Virus record (IMG/VR): IMGVR_UViG_3300018422_000003
Coordinates: 6,090 to 70,089 of that record
Origin: a virus
Reading direction: 5' to 3' (one strand)
Length of the DNA stretch: 64,000 bases
Below, in pieces: positions 17,630 to 27,438 of this stretch. Below the pieces are notes generated by a model that was not told where the DNA came from, ran no database searches, and saw only the letters and a list, made by a program, of their open reading frames with translations. The translations under genes and the position numbers were made by a program. Every line of letters starts with the position of its first letter. Within the stretch, counting starts at the first letter, position 1.

Positions 17630-20600
17630 TTATTCGAGGACCACCTTGAGCTGCACGCCTTCCGCCGCATTGTTCTCGACGTCGATCGTCAATACGGTGC
17701 CAGCCGCGACGGGCGAGAGCGCCGGGCCTTCGATGATGTTGCTTCTGCCGTTGTTGGCCGGGATCGTTAACTCCAGCCATGCAAAGCCGTCGCGTTTGAC
17801 CGTCACGAGAACAGCTCCGTCCGTGCTGGCCTGCGTTGGGCCCGGATACACGGTCGCTCCGGCAAGCGCGGTTTCAGTGACCGTATCGGTGGCCGTGGCC
17901 GTGCCGTTGCTCACGGTCGCGACAAGGCGCAATGGTGAGTCGATGCCGTCCGGTGTGGCGTAAATTTCGACATCGGTCACGCGGGAATCGGCCGACATGG
18001 GAAGGTCCGCCAGGTCAATTTCGGCTGCGCTGCCGGTGGCGCCGGTGGCTGAGCTGAGCGCGCCGAGGTCCGAGCGCAGGCTGCTTCCGGTGAAGGCGCA
18101 AGCGTAGCGGCGGCCGCTCAGAATTTCAAGGGCCGACTCGAGACCGTCGACCGTTGAGGTCAGCCCGCTTGTGCCGCCGATCTCACACGCGATCGTGCCG
18201 CCCGCTCCGACTTGATCGGAAACAATAACGGCCGCGCCGGAAGTGGTCGCGCGATAGAAAGCCGCGAATTCCGGGTCCGCGTTGAGCCAATCGGCAAACT
18301 TGGTGGCGAGCTGCGCGAGCGTTGTCGCGCCGGTCACGGCATGCTCGTTCGCCATGAAGGTGGGAACGCGCATGTGGTTTGTACCTTCGAGCGTGATGGC
18401 GATCTGGAGGCCCGCTGAAACGGTCCCCGCAAAGGTCACCCGTCCGCCTTCGCCGTAAGAGCCGGGAGTAGCCCGCGTTAGCGCGCGTGGCGGCGCCAGC
18501 GGCCCGCTATCGCCGTCCAGGATCTCCGCATAGGCGTAATCAAACGGCTGCGCCTCAGAGGCCCGGATCGGCAGGCAGGTTTCCGTGGTCGGTCCCGCCG
18601 GCAAAGCCGGATGCTGAAACACGAACGCCATCGTGCCGCCGGTTTGCATGCGGTGCGGATAGTCAGCCGTGAATAGCTTCGTGATCGGCTCCGAGCGAAG
18701 GCCGCGCGTATTTTCAAGCGATCCGCGGACGCAGGCAATTCCGCCATACGCGAGGTCGATCGTGTGCCGGAAGGCGGCCCGGTGCGGCGAGCGGAAGAAG
18801 CGCGGCGCGAAGGCAATATTAGAGGTGAGCCGCCGCAGCAGATAAATGCGCGGATCGGCGTACACGGTCTGCCCGGTCCCGATCCCGGTAATCGGCCGGA
18901 TGGTACGGCAGAGGCCCGTCGACGGATCGTACTGCGCGATGGTCGCCTGCTCGGTGGTCGGAGCGACGAGCTGCTGGCCCGGCTCCATGGTGAGGCCCGC
19001 GCCGATGGTCAGCTCCGCTTCCCATGTGGACACGGCCGAGACAGTCGTTACCGCGCGAAGATGCGCCACCGCCGTGGTCCCGAGCTGAGCCCGCGCCACA
19101 GTGGCCACCGAGGCCGCCACAGATTCGCACAGCATGATTTCGGCATCGACCTGGATGTAATCCCCGGCTGCCGGAGGAACGCCGTAAAAATTGATCGTGG
19201 TCGCGACGTCGGTGACATCCGAGGTGATCGAGGTAAAGTGCCCCTCGCGCTCATCGGCGTAAAAGACATCGAACGAGCCGAGGTGAACCGAATCGCCATA
19301 AGAGCCGACGCTGAAATTGCGCAGCGTCAAATGGCCGTCCTTATCCGTATCGGTATCGAAGTGCCAGTCGGCCGGAGCAAACTGATTTTCTTCGGGCGCC
19401 GCTTCGGCGGCTACATCCTCCGGCTTTGGTCCGACCGTGAGGTCGTACATATCGTCGTGGGTTGTTGTGCCCTCGATCGTGACCGAATAGTCCTCGTGGA
19501 GCTGGATACGTTCCACGCGAAACTCTACATATCCGTCCTGCGCCGATTGCCCGCTATTGGCCGCCGGATACGTGGGCAGCTCATCGTGCGTCACCGAGCA
19601 AACCATGCCGGGCGCGGCGGTGAGCGCAAGGATGGTCGAGCCGAGGCTGACGCGCCGGTGATAGCGATAGTGCGCCGGACTGATGCCGCCCAGCTCTTCG
19701 CGTGTGCGTGTGGTCGTCAGCCGGGCCGCGCGGCTTTTGGTCGATACGCCCGGGAGGCTGATCGTCTTCTTGAGAAAGTGAACGCGCGATCCCCCGCCCC
19801 GGTGCTTGGCGTGCTCGATATCGTAATAGGTGACGGAATTCCCGACGTACTCGTATTCTTCATCCGCGAACGTGCCGGTGAGGTGATTGAACTCCGGACC
19901 GAACGGCTCGGCATCGAGCGATTCCCACAGCATGTTTCCGGTCGTGAACGTCTGCGCGACCGAACTGTTAATTCTGAGGATCGGGCAGAACTTACCGAAC
20001 TGAAACCAGTAATCGCCGAGGCAGTTGTTTGCGATTTCCTGCAGCCATTCTTTTAACGGCCGCTCTTCGGCAATCACGCCGACAAATTCAAACTGCTTTT
20101 CATCGCCCTCGCCGATCAGCTTCGCGGCGACGATATCGCAAATGTCGGCCGCCGCGATACAGGCGGCGACGTCGAAGTACAGCTCCTGGGTGGCGGCCGC
20201 CGCAAGGTAGAGGCCCTTGGCGCGGAGGATGGCGTTTACCTGGATCCAGATCGGATTGGTGAGGCCCGGAACTTCCGTCCGTGATCCCGCGCCGCTCCAC
20301 ACCCAGCCCGACAAACCTTTGCGGATGGTGCTCTCCATCGCGTGCTCGCTGAGCCGCGATAACTGCAGGCCTTTGGTGTCCGAGCGCCGGATCTCGCAGA
20401 AAGCAACGCCCGCCGCCCTCGGCGCTCCGTAGCTTTGCGGCCCGGCTCCGTCCCCGAGCGAGAACTTGTCGGAGTTGTTATCCGGGTCGTTGTTCTGGAC
20501 AGGGTCGTGCCCATGCGACAACCGTAAGCCGAAGCGCGAGCGCGGATTGAAGCCGTGCGGTATCCAGCCGTGATGCGGCTGCCCGTCGAGCAGGTGCGGA

Positions 20601-21886
20601 GGTTTAGCCGCTCCGTCCGGTGTGCCCGATTGCGGCTGCGCGAATTCGCCGAGAGGCCCGGCTCCGATGATGCCGATCGCCTGATAGAAGTCGCCTTCAT
20701 CGCGGCCGGACGCGAGCAGCGCCGGAACTTTGAAGCCCTTGCTCGTGTCCTCGTCGGATACGTTGCAATAGATCTGCGGCAGCGGCGCGTCGTAAATCGA
20801 ATCGGCAATCTGCGACGACGTCGTCAGCAGCGCCCGGCCCGCGCCTTTGCTGTTATCTTTCGTGCGGACGGTTTGCGGGGTGGCGACGATGCCGCCGAAA
20901 TAGTCCCGCATGCCCCGCGCCTCGCAGGCAAGATCGCTCTTGTCGCAGCTCGTGTGGCCGCCGGTTCCCTCGGCCGCATACGGGCAGGAAATGCCGTCAT
21001 CGAACGGCTTATAGCAATCGCGCGCGACGCGCCGCTCCGGATAGGGCAGCGTCAGCTCAAACAACCCATCGCTTGCTTCAAGGTGAAATACCGGGTCGCC
21101 CGGCCTGCAGCGATAGCCGGTGACTTCGCCCTTCCAAAAATCGAGCTTGGTGGTGGTCCCGACATGGAACAGCGATAGCTCGACCGAGGCGTACTGGAGG
21201 TCTGTCTCATTTGATACCGCGCTGATGACGCGGTCCGCGTTGCCCAGCTCGATACGGGCTTTGTCGCTGGCGCCGCCGAGCGCCTGCGCAACAGAGGGCA
21301 GCTTCAGCAGCCGCGCCTGATACTCCTGCCCGCCCACGGTGACGTTCCGGTCGCTGATGTAGATCGCCGGATAGCCGTCCTCGACGGACTGGATCTTGAG
21401 TAGCGGAATGATCGTCTGCGTTGCTCCGAGCAGAGCCGAAGCGAATGCGCCGGCGGGGAATCGGGTCACGGTTGCCGCGAGGCTGTATGTTGGGGCGGTC
21501 GTGGGAACTTCGACCAGCTCAACGCCCGCCGTGACGAGGCTCGCAATGAGCCCGTTAAACGTCAGCTCCTGGTTCGAAAACCGGGCCGTGATGTTCGCCG
21601 TCGTGCCGTCCGGCTGCGGCGCCGCGAAGGTAAACTGACCGTATGCGCCTTGGCGGGAGTTGAAGAAATCGGACAGCAGCTTGCGCTTGGCGTTGGTCAG
21701 AACGCTATGGGTCAGGCGGTAGCGCTTCAGGCCGTCCCCGAGATAGAACCGCTGCTCGGTTTTGTTGCCGAACCGATGAGCCGCAATCGCCGGTGAGATC
21801 TCGACCGAATACGGATAGTCTGCCGTGAGCGGATACGTCCCGACCGTACTGACAGTGGGAACTAATACATTGCCGAGTGTGGCCAT
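17630..21886 (-). CDS. Large tail tip protein (Dit-like + gpL-like + gpJ-like fusion)
   Basis: N-terminal FFNSRQGAYGQFTF; Cys cluster CYKPF..CPY..CDKS..C; central hub-like region; position after Dit. Confidence 0.75.
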   Translation of the reverse strand: MATLGNVLVPTVSTVGTYPLTADYPYSVEISPAIAAHRFGNKTEQRFYLGDGLKRYRLTHSVLTNAKRKLLSDFFNSRQGAYGQFTFAAPQPDGTTANITARFSNQELTFNGLIASLVTAGVELVEVPTTAPTYSLAATVTRFPAGAFASALLGATQTIIPLLKIQSVEDGYPAIYISDRNVTVGGQEYQARLLKLPSVAQALGGASDKARIELGNADRVISAVSNETDLQYASVELSLFHVGTTTKLDFWKGEVTGYRCRPGDPVFHLEASDGLFELTLPYPERRVARDCYKPFDDGISCPYAAEGTGGHTSCDKSDLACEARGMRDYFGGIVATPQTVRTKDNSKGAGRALLTTSSQIADSIYDAPLPQIYCNVSDEDTSKGFKVPALLASGRDEGDFYQAIGIIGAGPLGEFAQPQSGTPDGAAKPPHLLDGQPHHGWIPHGFNPRSRFGLRLSHGHDPVQNNDPDNNSDKFSLGDGAGPQSYGAPRAAGVAFCEIRRSDTKGLQLSRLSEHAMESTIRKGLSGWVWSGAGSRTEVPGLTNPIWIQVNAILRAKGLYLAAAATQELYFDVAACIAAADICDIVAAKLIGEGDEKQFEFVGVIAEERPLKEWLQEIANNCLGDYWFQFGKFCPILRINSSVAQTFTTGNMLWESLDAEPFGPEFNHLTGTFADEEYEYVGNSVTYYDIEHAKHRGGGSRVHFLKKTISLPGVSTKSRAARLTTTRTREELGGISPAHYRYHRRVSLGSTILALTAAPGMVCSVTHDELPTYPAANSGQSAQDGYVEFRVERIQLHEDYSVTIEGTTTHDDMYDLTVGPKPEDVAAEAAPEENQFAPADWHFDTDTDKDGHLTLRNFSVGSYGDSVHLGSFDVFYADEREGHFTSITSDVTDVATTINFYGVPPAAGDYIQVDAEIMLCESVAASVATVARAQLGTTAVAHLRAVTTVSAVSTWEAELTIGAGLTMEPGQQLVAPTTEQATIAQYDPSTGLCRTIRPITGIGTGQTVYADPRIYLLRRLTSNIAFAPRFFRSPHRAAFRHTIDLAYGGIACVRGSLENTRGLRSEPITKLFTADYPHRMQTGGTMAFVFQHPALPAGPTTETCLPIRASEAQPFDYAYAEILDGDSGPLAPPRALTRATPGSYGEGGRVTFAGTVSAGLQIAITLEGTNHMRVPTFMANEHAVTGATTLAQLATKFADWLNADPEFAAFYRATTSGAAVIVSDQVGAGGTIACEIGGTSGLTSTVDGLESALEILSGRRYACAFTGSSLRSDLGALSSATGATGSAAEIDLADLPMSADSRVTDVEIYATPDGIDSPLRLVATVSNGTATATDTVTETALAGATVYPGPTQASTDGAVLVTVKRDGFAWLELTIPANNGRSNIIEGPALSPVAAGTVLTIDVENNAAEGVQLKVVLE

Positions 21887-22288
21887 TTAAGCTACTTCCT
21901 CGATCTGGAAGCTCACTTGCGCCCGGCCGCCCGCCAGCGTGAAGCCGAGCGGTCCGCGAAAGGCTACGATGAAGCGTCCGTTCGAACTTGCGCCGGTCCC
22001 GTCATAGTTGCCGTAGGTTGTTGATTCCGATGGATCGTAAAAATAGAACGGCTCCAGGCCGCCCTTGCGGGCCGCGTAGAAGCTCAGCAGTGTCGCGAGC
22101 GCAGCGGCCGTGAGCGCTCTGGTCTGAGACCAAGCGCGCCGCGGCGAGGAGGCTTTTACCTCGCGCTGGCTTTCGCCGTTGGCGTATTCATTGACGTTCG
22201 CCTCGTATCGGCGGCGCTGCTCAAAGGCTAAACACAGGCCTTCCGGGAGGACCGTCGACGGGCTGGCTGCAGATAGATTTCCAGGCAT
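21887..22288 (-). CDS. Distal tail protein (DUF2460/gpM-like)
   Basis: NGESQR...RRAW...FYAARKGGLEPFYFYDP; follows tape measure. Confidence 0.8.
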   Translation of the reverse strand: MPGNLSAASPSTVLPEGLCLAFEQRRRYEANVNEYANGESQREVKASSPRRAWSQTRALTAAALATLLSFYAARKGGLEPFYFYDPSESTTYGNYDGTGASSNGRFIVAFRGPLGFTLAGGRAQVSFQIEEVA

Positions 22289-22496
22289 GAAAAGGACACG
22301 GCCAGGACTGTCCCGGCTATGGCCTTTTTCGTGCCAAGGTTATACTTTCGTTAGGTCAGCGGTATTCCGGGGAGGGTGTGAAGAGCCAATGCCCCGGCGC
22401 TTTGCCCCTGCGCGTGAAGCGATTCGGTCGATCAGGTCTAAAGAGGGGCCGAGACTTTCCCGAGCTTACGGCCCTTCTTTCCTGCCGCTCTTTTAG

Positions 22497-22551
22497 AACG
22501 GTCAAAAAACGGTCAAGAAACGGTCAAGAAACGGTCAAGAAACGGTCAAGA
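22497..22551. repeat. 11-bp tandem repeat x5
   Basis: AACGGTCAAAA + 4x AACGGTCAAGA. Confidence 0.95.
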
Positions 22552-22556
22552 GTGAC

Positions 22557-25500
22557 TTACCGGGTCAGCGTCGACGGAGAAAGCTGCGCGGCGGTCGTCT
22601 CCCGCCGCCCATAGTTGGAGCGTGTCGCGATGCTGAGCGAATCGGACACCACCTCCGGGTTGTTTTTCACCGCTTGCACCGCATGGCCGCTCAGCACATC
22701 GACCGTCGCATCGTAGTTGAGCGTAAGCGATACGCTGCCGTTCGAAGCTCCCGCGCCAGGCGCCACCACGAAAGATCCGAGCGAGGGCAGGGAAGACTGA
22801 AGGCCGATGGCTTTCCCGTTTTCGTAGCTTGCGCCCTGATACAGCCCGCCGGCGGTTTGGACAAGCGTTGCTCCGCGAGCGCCGGACCGCAGGCCGCCGT
22901 TCTGCCCGGTCGCTTCGCCGTACAGTTGGATGAGGTCCCGAACTTGCGGCGATCGCACAGCCATGTCGAGATTCCCGCCGAAGGACTCCTTGGCAATCGC
23001 GGCGATCTGCTTAGACCGCTCCGCGTCGATATCGATCCCGTAAACCTCTTTGACTTTTCGCTTCGCCTTTTCGGTGGCGCTCTTGAACAGGAGCCGTATC
23101 GATCCGGCTACCGCGCCGATTGCGCCGCCGATCAAAGCTCCCATCGGTCCGCCGAACTTGGCGCCGATCAGCGCTCCGCCTGCGGTCGTTTCGGCGAGCC
23201 CGAGCAGGCCGCCCCGCCGCAGGCCGTCCATTGCCAGCAGGCCTCCGCCCGCGAGCATCGCTCCGCCGGCAACTCCGCCAACACCCGTTGCATTCGCGCC
23301 AGCGGTACCGGGAACAGAGCCGAGCTTATTGCCCAGCACATCGGTACCGCCGCGTCCCAGACCGCCAAGCTTCGTGAGGAACCCCTTCACACCCGCTGCT
23401 TGGCCGCTGAGTAGTCCGCCAAAACTTGAGCCGCCGCCTGCGCCGCCGCCTCCGGCAAACGGAGCCGTGCCGCCCGGGCCCAGCATCCCCGCCGGGTTGC
23501 CGCCGCCGAAGCTGCCCGCCATGCCGAGGCCTCCGAACACTTGGCCCATGATGCCGCCGCCTGCCGACGATCCGCCGCCGGAAGCTCCGCCCATCGAGCC
23601 GCCGCTTTGCCCGGTGACCAGGCGCGCGAACATCGTCGCGAACTGTGAGGCGAGCACGGATTTGAGCGCGCTCAGCAGTACGGTTTTCATCAGCGTGCCG
23701 AGATTCAATGTGCCGGTTACGAGCTGATCGAACACGCCTTCAAAGCTGCGTTTGAAATCGTCGAACATCGACTTGTAATGCGCGCGGACCGCCGTCAGCT
23801 CACGCACACGCGCGCTCTGCTGAATGGCCGCCTTGTCGGTTTCAAGATCGACGCTGATCTGCCGGGCCTTCTCGACGGAGAGCTGCTGCATCGCATCGAG
23901 GTTAGCGTCCGCCTGATGCTGCGAGATGGCGCCTGCCGCGACTTTGGCCTGAAGGACGGTGCGCTCCATTTCCACGCGCCGCCGGGTTTCCTCGTCAATC
24001 CGCGCGATCTCAGCCAGCGCCCGCTTGGTTGCGTACTCTTCTTCGATAGCGGCTCGCCGTTGACTCACGTCTATCTGCTGCGCCACGGTCGTCTGCTGCA
24101 TTTCCTCAAGCGCCGCCAGGCGCGCTTGTTTCTCGGTATCGATCGCCTGGATGGAGTAAGCCGACGCGTCATCGAGACGCTGCCGCTCCATGAGCGCCGT
24201 CTGCTCCTGAATCTCGGCCGCCTCGCCGAGCGCATCCGACGTGCGTGTCTTTCGCGCCTTCTCGGAATCCTTCTGGATCGCGCCCAGCCCTGCGTACGCT
24301 TTCTTAGCCAGATCCTTATTGAAATCCTCGGTCTCGGTGCGCTGCGCGGACTCTAGATCGTTGAAAGCCTTCGGGCTGCCATCGACGCCCACCTTTCGAG
24401 CATCCTCGGCGCGTAACTGGCGGTACTTCTCATCGATCTTGTTCAGACCTTCCAGCTCGGACAGCATGGCGGCCTCACGCACGCGCCGGGCGCCTTCCTC
24501 TACCTGCTGGATTTCCTCGGCCGCCTTTTTGCGCGCTGCCAATGCGTCGCTCTGCGCCTTCTTGCCATCAGTCACAGCCTCCCGCATGGCCTCGCTCTGC
24601 GCCTTCAACGCCCGCTCGGCGGCCAGCGATTGCTCGAACACTTGCTTAGCCTTCTTGAATGCGTCCGGGCCGTTCCCAAGCGTCGCCTGCAGGCGGCCAA
24701 AGTCTTCTTCGCGTTTGATCTTCGCGGCCGCAATACGCTCTTCGAGGATCTCTTGGCCCGTTAGGTTTTTGTTGTATTCGACCAGATCTTGATTCGCGCG
24801 CCGGATCGCCTTGTCTTTGTCCGACTCATCAATCGGGCCGACAAAGGATTCCCGCGCCGACTTCTTCTTACCGAACACGTCATCCGGCCCGCCCAGCCTG
24901 CTTCTGGCTCCTGCCAGCGCGCCGCCGGCAGCGTTCTCAGTGATACTGCCGATTGTTTCAATGGTGATCACGAACGGCGCGGACACCATGTTGCGCAGCG
25001 CGACCAAATGTATCTTGAGCCGGTCAAAATAGCTGTCCACTTTGACGCCGGATTGGACAAGGCCTTCACTCATAACCGCGCCGGAATCGCGAACCATCTT
25101 CAGCGCCTCAGAGAGCCCCATCAGCGTGGGGATTAAATCTTTAGCGCCCCTGCCCATTACCTTGAACGCCGCCTCGGATCGGATGGGCCCGGCCGGAAGC
25201 TCCGACAGCCTCTTTCCAAACCTTTCAAGGAACGGCAACACGCCGATAAAGCGTTCGAGGTCATCCACCGCCGACACGCCCATATCATGCAGCGCCTGCT
25301 TGGCCTTTTTGCCCTCGGCTGAGTTTTCGCTCAAGGCTTGGGTTAACGGGCGCATCGCCGCTTCGAGCGCGCCGAAGCTGCTGCCCATCGAGTCGGCGGC
25401 GAGGCTGAACTCCTGCACCTCCGTGGTGCTGAGCCCGGTGCTCGCAGCAAGGTTGCTGATCTTCTCGGCCGCGTCACCGAAGCTGCTGACGAGCTTGAAA

Positions 25501-25916
25501 ACGCCGACCGCCGCGCCAGCCGCCATCAGCCCAACTCCGACCATTGCCACACCGAGCGGTCCCATGCGAAGCAGCAGCGTTTCCGCCGCCTCGCCCGCGA
25601 CCTGCATCGGATTCTGGATCAGGTTTTTCATGTTGCGCGCGAACGTGTCCGCGCCGATGTTGTTTACAGCGTTCGACCAGCTCACGCCGATCCGCTTCCC
25701 CAAATCGGTAATCGATGAGCTGATACCGCTTACCGTTGTCCGCGCGCGAGTCGCCGCCCGCGTCATCGACTGCGTCATCCGGTCGAAGCTGCCGGAAGCC
25801 TGCCCGGTCGAGCGAGCGGTCGCCGTGCCGAGGCCGAGAACAGTTTTGTTCAGCGAGTCGACGGCTGCTTCGCCGCGCTTGGAATCGACATCGATAACGA
25901 CGGTCATGCGGTCCAT
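22557..25916 (-). CDS. Tape measure protein
   Basis: 1119 aa helical Ala/Glu/Lys-rich, Gly-rich C-terminus; between chaperone and Dit. Confidence 0.9.
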   Translation of the reverse strand: MDRMTVVIDVDSKRGEAAVDSLNKTVLGLGTATARSTGQASGSFDRMTQSMTRAATRARTTVSGISSSITDLGKRIGVSWSNAVNNIGADTFARNMKNLIQNPMQVAGEAAETLLLRMGPLGVAMVGVGLMAAGAAVGVFKLVSSFGDAAEKISNLAASTGLSTTEVQEFSLAADSMGSSFGALEAAMRPLTQALSENSAEGKKAKQALHDMGVSAVDDLERFIGVLPFLERFGKRLSELPAGPIRSEAAFKVMGRGAKDLIPTLMGLSEALKMVRDSGAVMSEGLVQSGVKVDSYFDRLKIHLVALRNMVSAPFVITIETIGSITENAAGGALAGARSRLGGPDDVFGKKKSARESFVGPIDESDKDKAIRRANQDLVEYNKNLTGQEILEERIAAAKIKREEDFGRLQATLGNGPDAFKKAKQVFEQSLAAERALKAQSEAMREAVTDGKKAQSDALAARKKAAEEIQQVEEGARRVREAAMLSELEGLNKIDEKYRQLRAEDARKVGVDGSPKAFNDLESAQRTETEDFNKDLAKKAYAGLGAIQKDSEKARKTRTSDALGEAAEIQEQTALMERQRLDDASAYSIQAIDTEKQARLAALEEMQQTTVAQQIDVSQRRAAIEEEYATKRALAEIARIDEETRRRVEMERTVLQAKVAAGAISQHQADANLDAMQQLSVEKARQISVDLETDKAAIQQSARVRELTAVRAHYKSMFDDFKRSFEGVFDQLVTGTLNLGTLMKTVLLSALKSVLASQFATMFARLVTGQSGGSMGGASGGGSSAGGGIMGQVFGGLGMAGSFGGGNPAGMLGPGGTAPFAGGGGAGGGSSFGGLLSGQAAGVKGFLTKLGGLGRGGTDVLGNKLGSVPGTAGANATGVGGVAGGAMLAGGGLLAMDGLRRGGLLGLAETTAGGALIGAKFGGPMGALIGGAIGAVAGSIRLLFKSATEKAKRKVKEVYGIDIDAERSKQIAAIAKESFGGNLDMAVRSPQVRDLIQLYGEATGQNGGLRSGARGATLVQTAGGLYQGASYENGKAIGLQSSLPSLGSFVVAPGAGASNGSVSLTLNYDATVDVLSGHAVQAVKNNPEVVSDSLSIATRSNYGRRETTAAQLSPSTLTR

Positions 25917-25919
25917 CGA

Positions 25920-26357
25920 TTACTCCTTGGCCGCTGTGTGGTTTTCTGTATCTGCGACGGCTGCGACGGCTGGTGGTTGGTTGCGGATCGCTCTCAGCTC
26001 CGCGCGTAACTCATCGACAACCGCGCGCAGCATGTCGCTGCCTTCGCGGGCGCTGAGGACACCCCGGATCTCTGCAAGCTGACGCCCGGAGTCCGCCGCC
26101 GAAGCAACGGCGGCCTGATTGGCCGCAACGGCGACGGTGTTGGCCGCCGCCGCCACTTCGCCTGCGCTCGCGGCCAGCCGGGTCGTGCGGACGAGCTTAT
26201 CGTTTACATGGTTGGCCACGTCGATCTGCTTGTTATTGACGGCGGTATTTTCGTCGATCTTGGCGTTGATGCGCCGGTATTTCACAAAGCTGACGACGCT
26301 GTTTACGATCAGCGCGGCCAGCGCGATCAGTTCTGTAATGTTCTCGGTGCTTATCAT
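25920..26357 (-). CDS. Single-TM coiled-coil protein (holin-like candidate)
   Basis: LIALAALIVNSVVSFV helix followed by KYRR and coiled coil; ATGA-coupled. Confidence 0.55.
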   Translation of the reverse strand: MISTENITELIALAALIVNSVVSFVKYRRINAKIDENTAVNNKQIDVANHVNDKLVRTTRLAASAGEVAAAANTVAVAANQAAVASAADSGRQLAEIRGVLSAREGSDMLRAVVDELRAELRAIRNQPPAVAAVADTENHTAAKE

Positions 26358-26737
26358 GCCTGTCCTCTTCGTCGCTCCGCTTCTTCGCGATCGCGAATTT
26401 CCTTTTCCCGCCGGGCCTGCTCAAATTCGAGGTGCTTAAAGACCGAGAATTCGTCCGCCGGCAATTCGTCCCACGGTACGGACATGCGCCGTCCGCAGGC
26501 AAATGAAACGTCCTGCGCCGCGCGGATCAACTGTCCCGCGGTTGAGTGCATCGCCGCCTCTAAAATCACGGCCGGGCAGATATCGCACCGCTCTTCCGCC
26601 CCGCATCCGGCGGGAAGCTGCTCGCATAATCCCGGGTCGCACAGCTCTTCATTCCGGTGCAGCCAATAGAGCAGGAAGCGTGGGCCGGGCTTCTCTGGAA
26701 ACCCGGCTGGCCACTCCTCCTGCTCTACCGTTTTGGG
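26354..26737 (-). CDS. Tail assembly chaperone GT extension (via -1 frameshift)
   Basis: -1 frame from slippery C-CCA-AAA is open through to 26354. Confidence 0.8.
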   Translation of the reverse strand, partial: PKTVEQEEWPAGFPEKPGPRFLLYWLHRNEELCDPGLCEQLPAGCGAEERCDICPAVILEAAMHSTAGQLIRAAQDVSFACGRRMSVPWDELPADEFSVFKHLEFEQARREKEIRDREEAERRRGQA

Positions 26738-27405
26738 TCGTCTTCCCCTTCAATTTCATCGAGTACCGCGAGTACTTCGCTGACGACCGCCATCTTGTGC
26801 GGCGCCGGAACACGGCCCTCGTAGCCTTGCGTTGTGGCGCTCAGCTCGTCGTAAAAACGGCAGAACTCATCGACGTTTACCTTCATCTGCATCCGGCCGC
26901 GCCGGAGGTCGACAAAGCTAAACGATCCTTTGCGGTGCTTGCGGAGTTGCTTGAGCGTTGGCACGCGCAGCTCGTGCGCCGTGATCACGCCGCCCAGCAC
27001 CGACAAGGACACGGTGATGCTGTCCCCACTGTGAGCCGGATCTGCGTCGACCTCGGCCTTCGTCAGACGGTGAATCAGCTCGGCCGCTTCGTCCTCGTCA
27101 AAGGGGTCGCGCGTTCCAGCCGGGCCTTTGGCGTCGAGGTATTCGCCGTCCTCATCGACCAGGAGCCGCCGGAGCAGCGCCGCGTCCGCCGCCTCAACGC
27201 CTTCGGTTTCGGTTTGGGTCTGCCCCGGTCCGAGCCGGTGCTGTACCGTTTTGATTGCCCGCTGGCGGCCCGCCCACTCGACATCGGTGGGCAGGCGCAG
27301 GGTTGCGCTCTTGCGAACGCCGCCGCGCGCCGGTAAGCGAATCTCAAAAGCCGCCTCGGATTGAAAGGCGGCCGTGTCAGAAGAACTTATTATTTGGGGT
27401 TCCAT
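26725..27405 (-). CDS. Tail assembly chaperone G
   Basis: Between tail tube and tape measure; ends GAC CCA AAA CGG TAG. Confidence 0.8.
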   Translation of the reverse strand: MEPQIISSSDTAAFQSEAAFEIRLPARGGVRKSATLRLPTDVEWAGRQRAIKTVQHRLGPGQTQTETEGVEAADAALLRRLLVDEDGEYLDAKGPAGTRDPFDEDEAAELIHRLTKAEVDADPAHSGDSITVSLSVLGGVITAHELRVPTLKQLRKHRKGSFSFVDLRRGRMQMKVNVDEFCRFYDELSATTQGYEGRVPAPHKMAVVSEVLAVLDEIEGEDDPKR

Positions 27406-27438
27406 CGCGTGTGGATTCGCGCGATGGAACCGAAAGGT

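Noticed and set aside
22340-22490. Self-cleaving ribozyme or riboswitch
   Set aside because: No hammerhead CUGAnGA/GAAA core or other recognisable consensus; an Rfam search is still needed
22497-22551. Mini CRISPR array
   Set aside because: 11-bp units with no spacers
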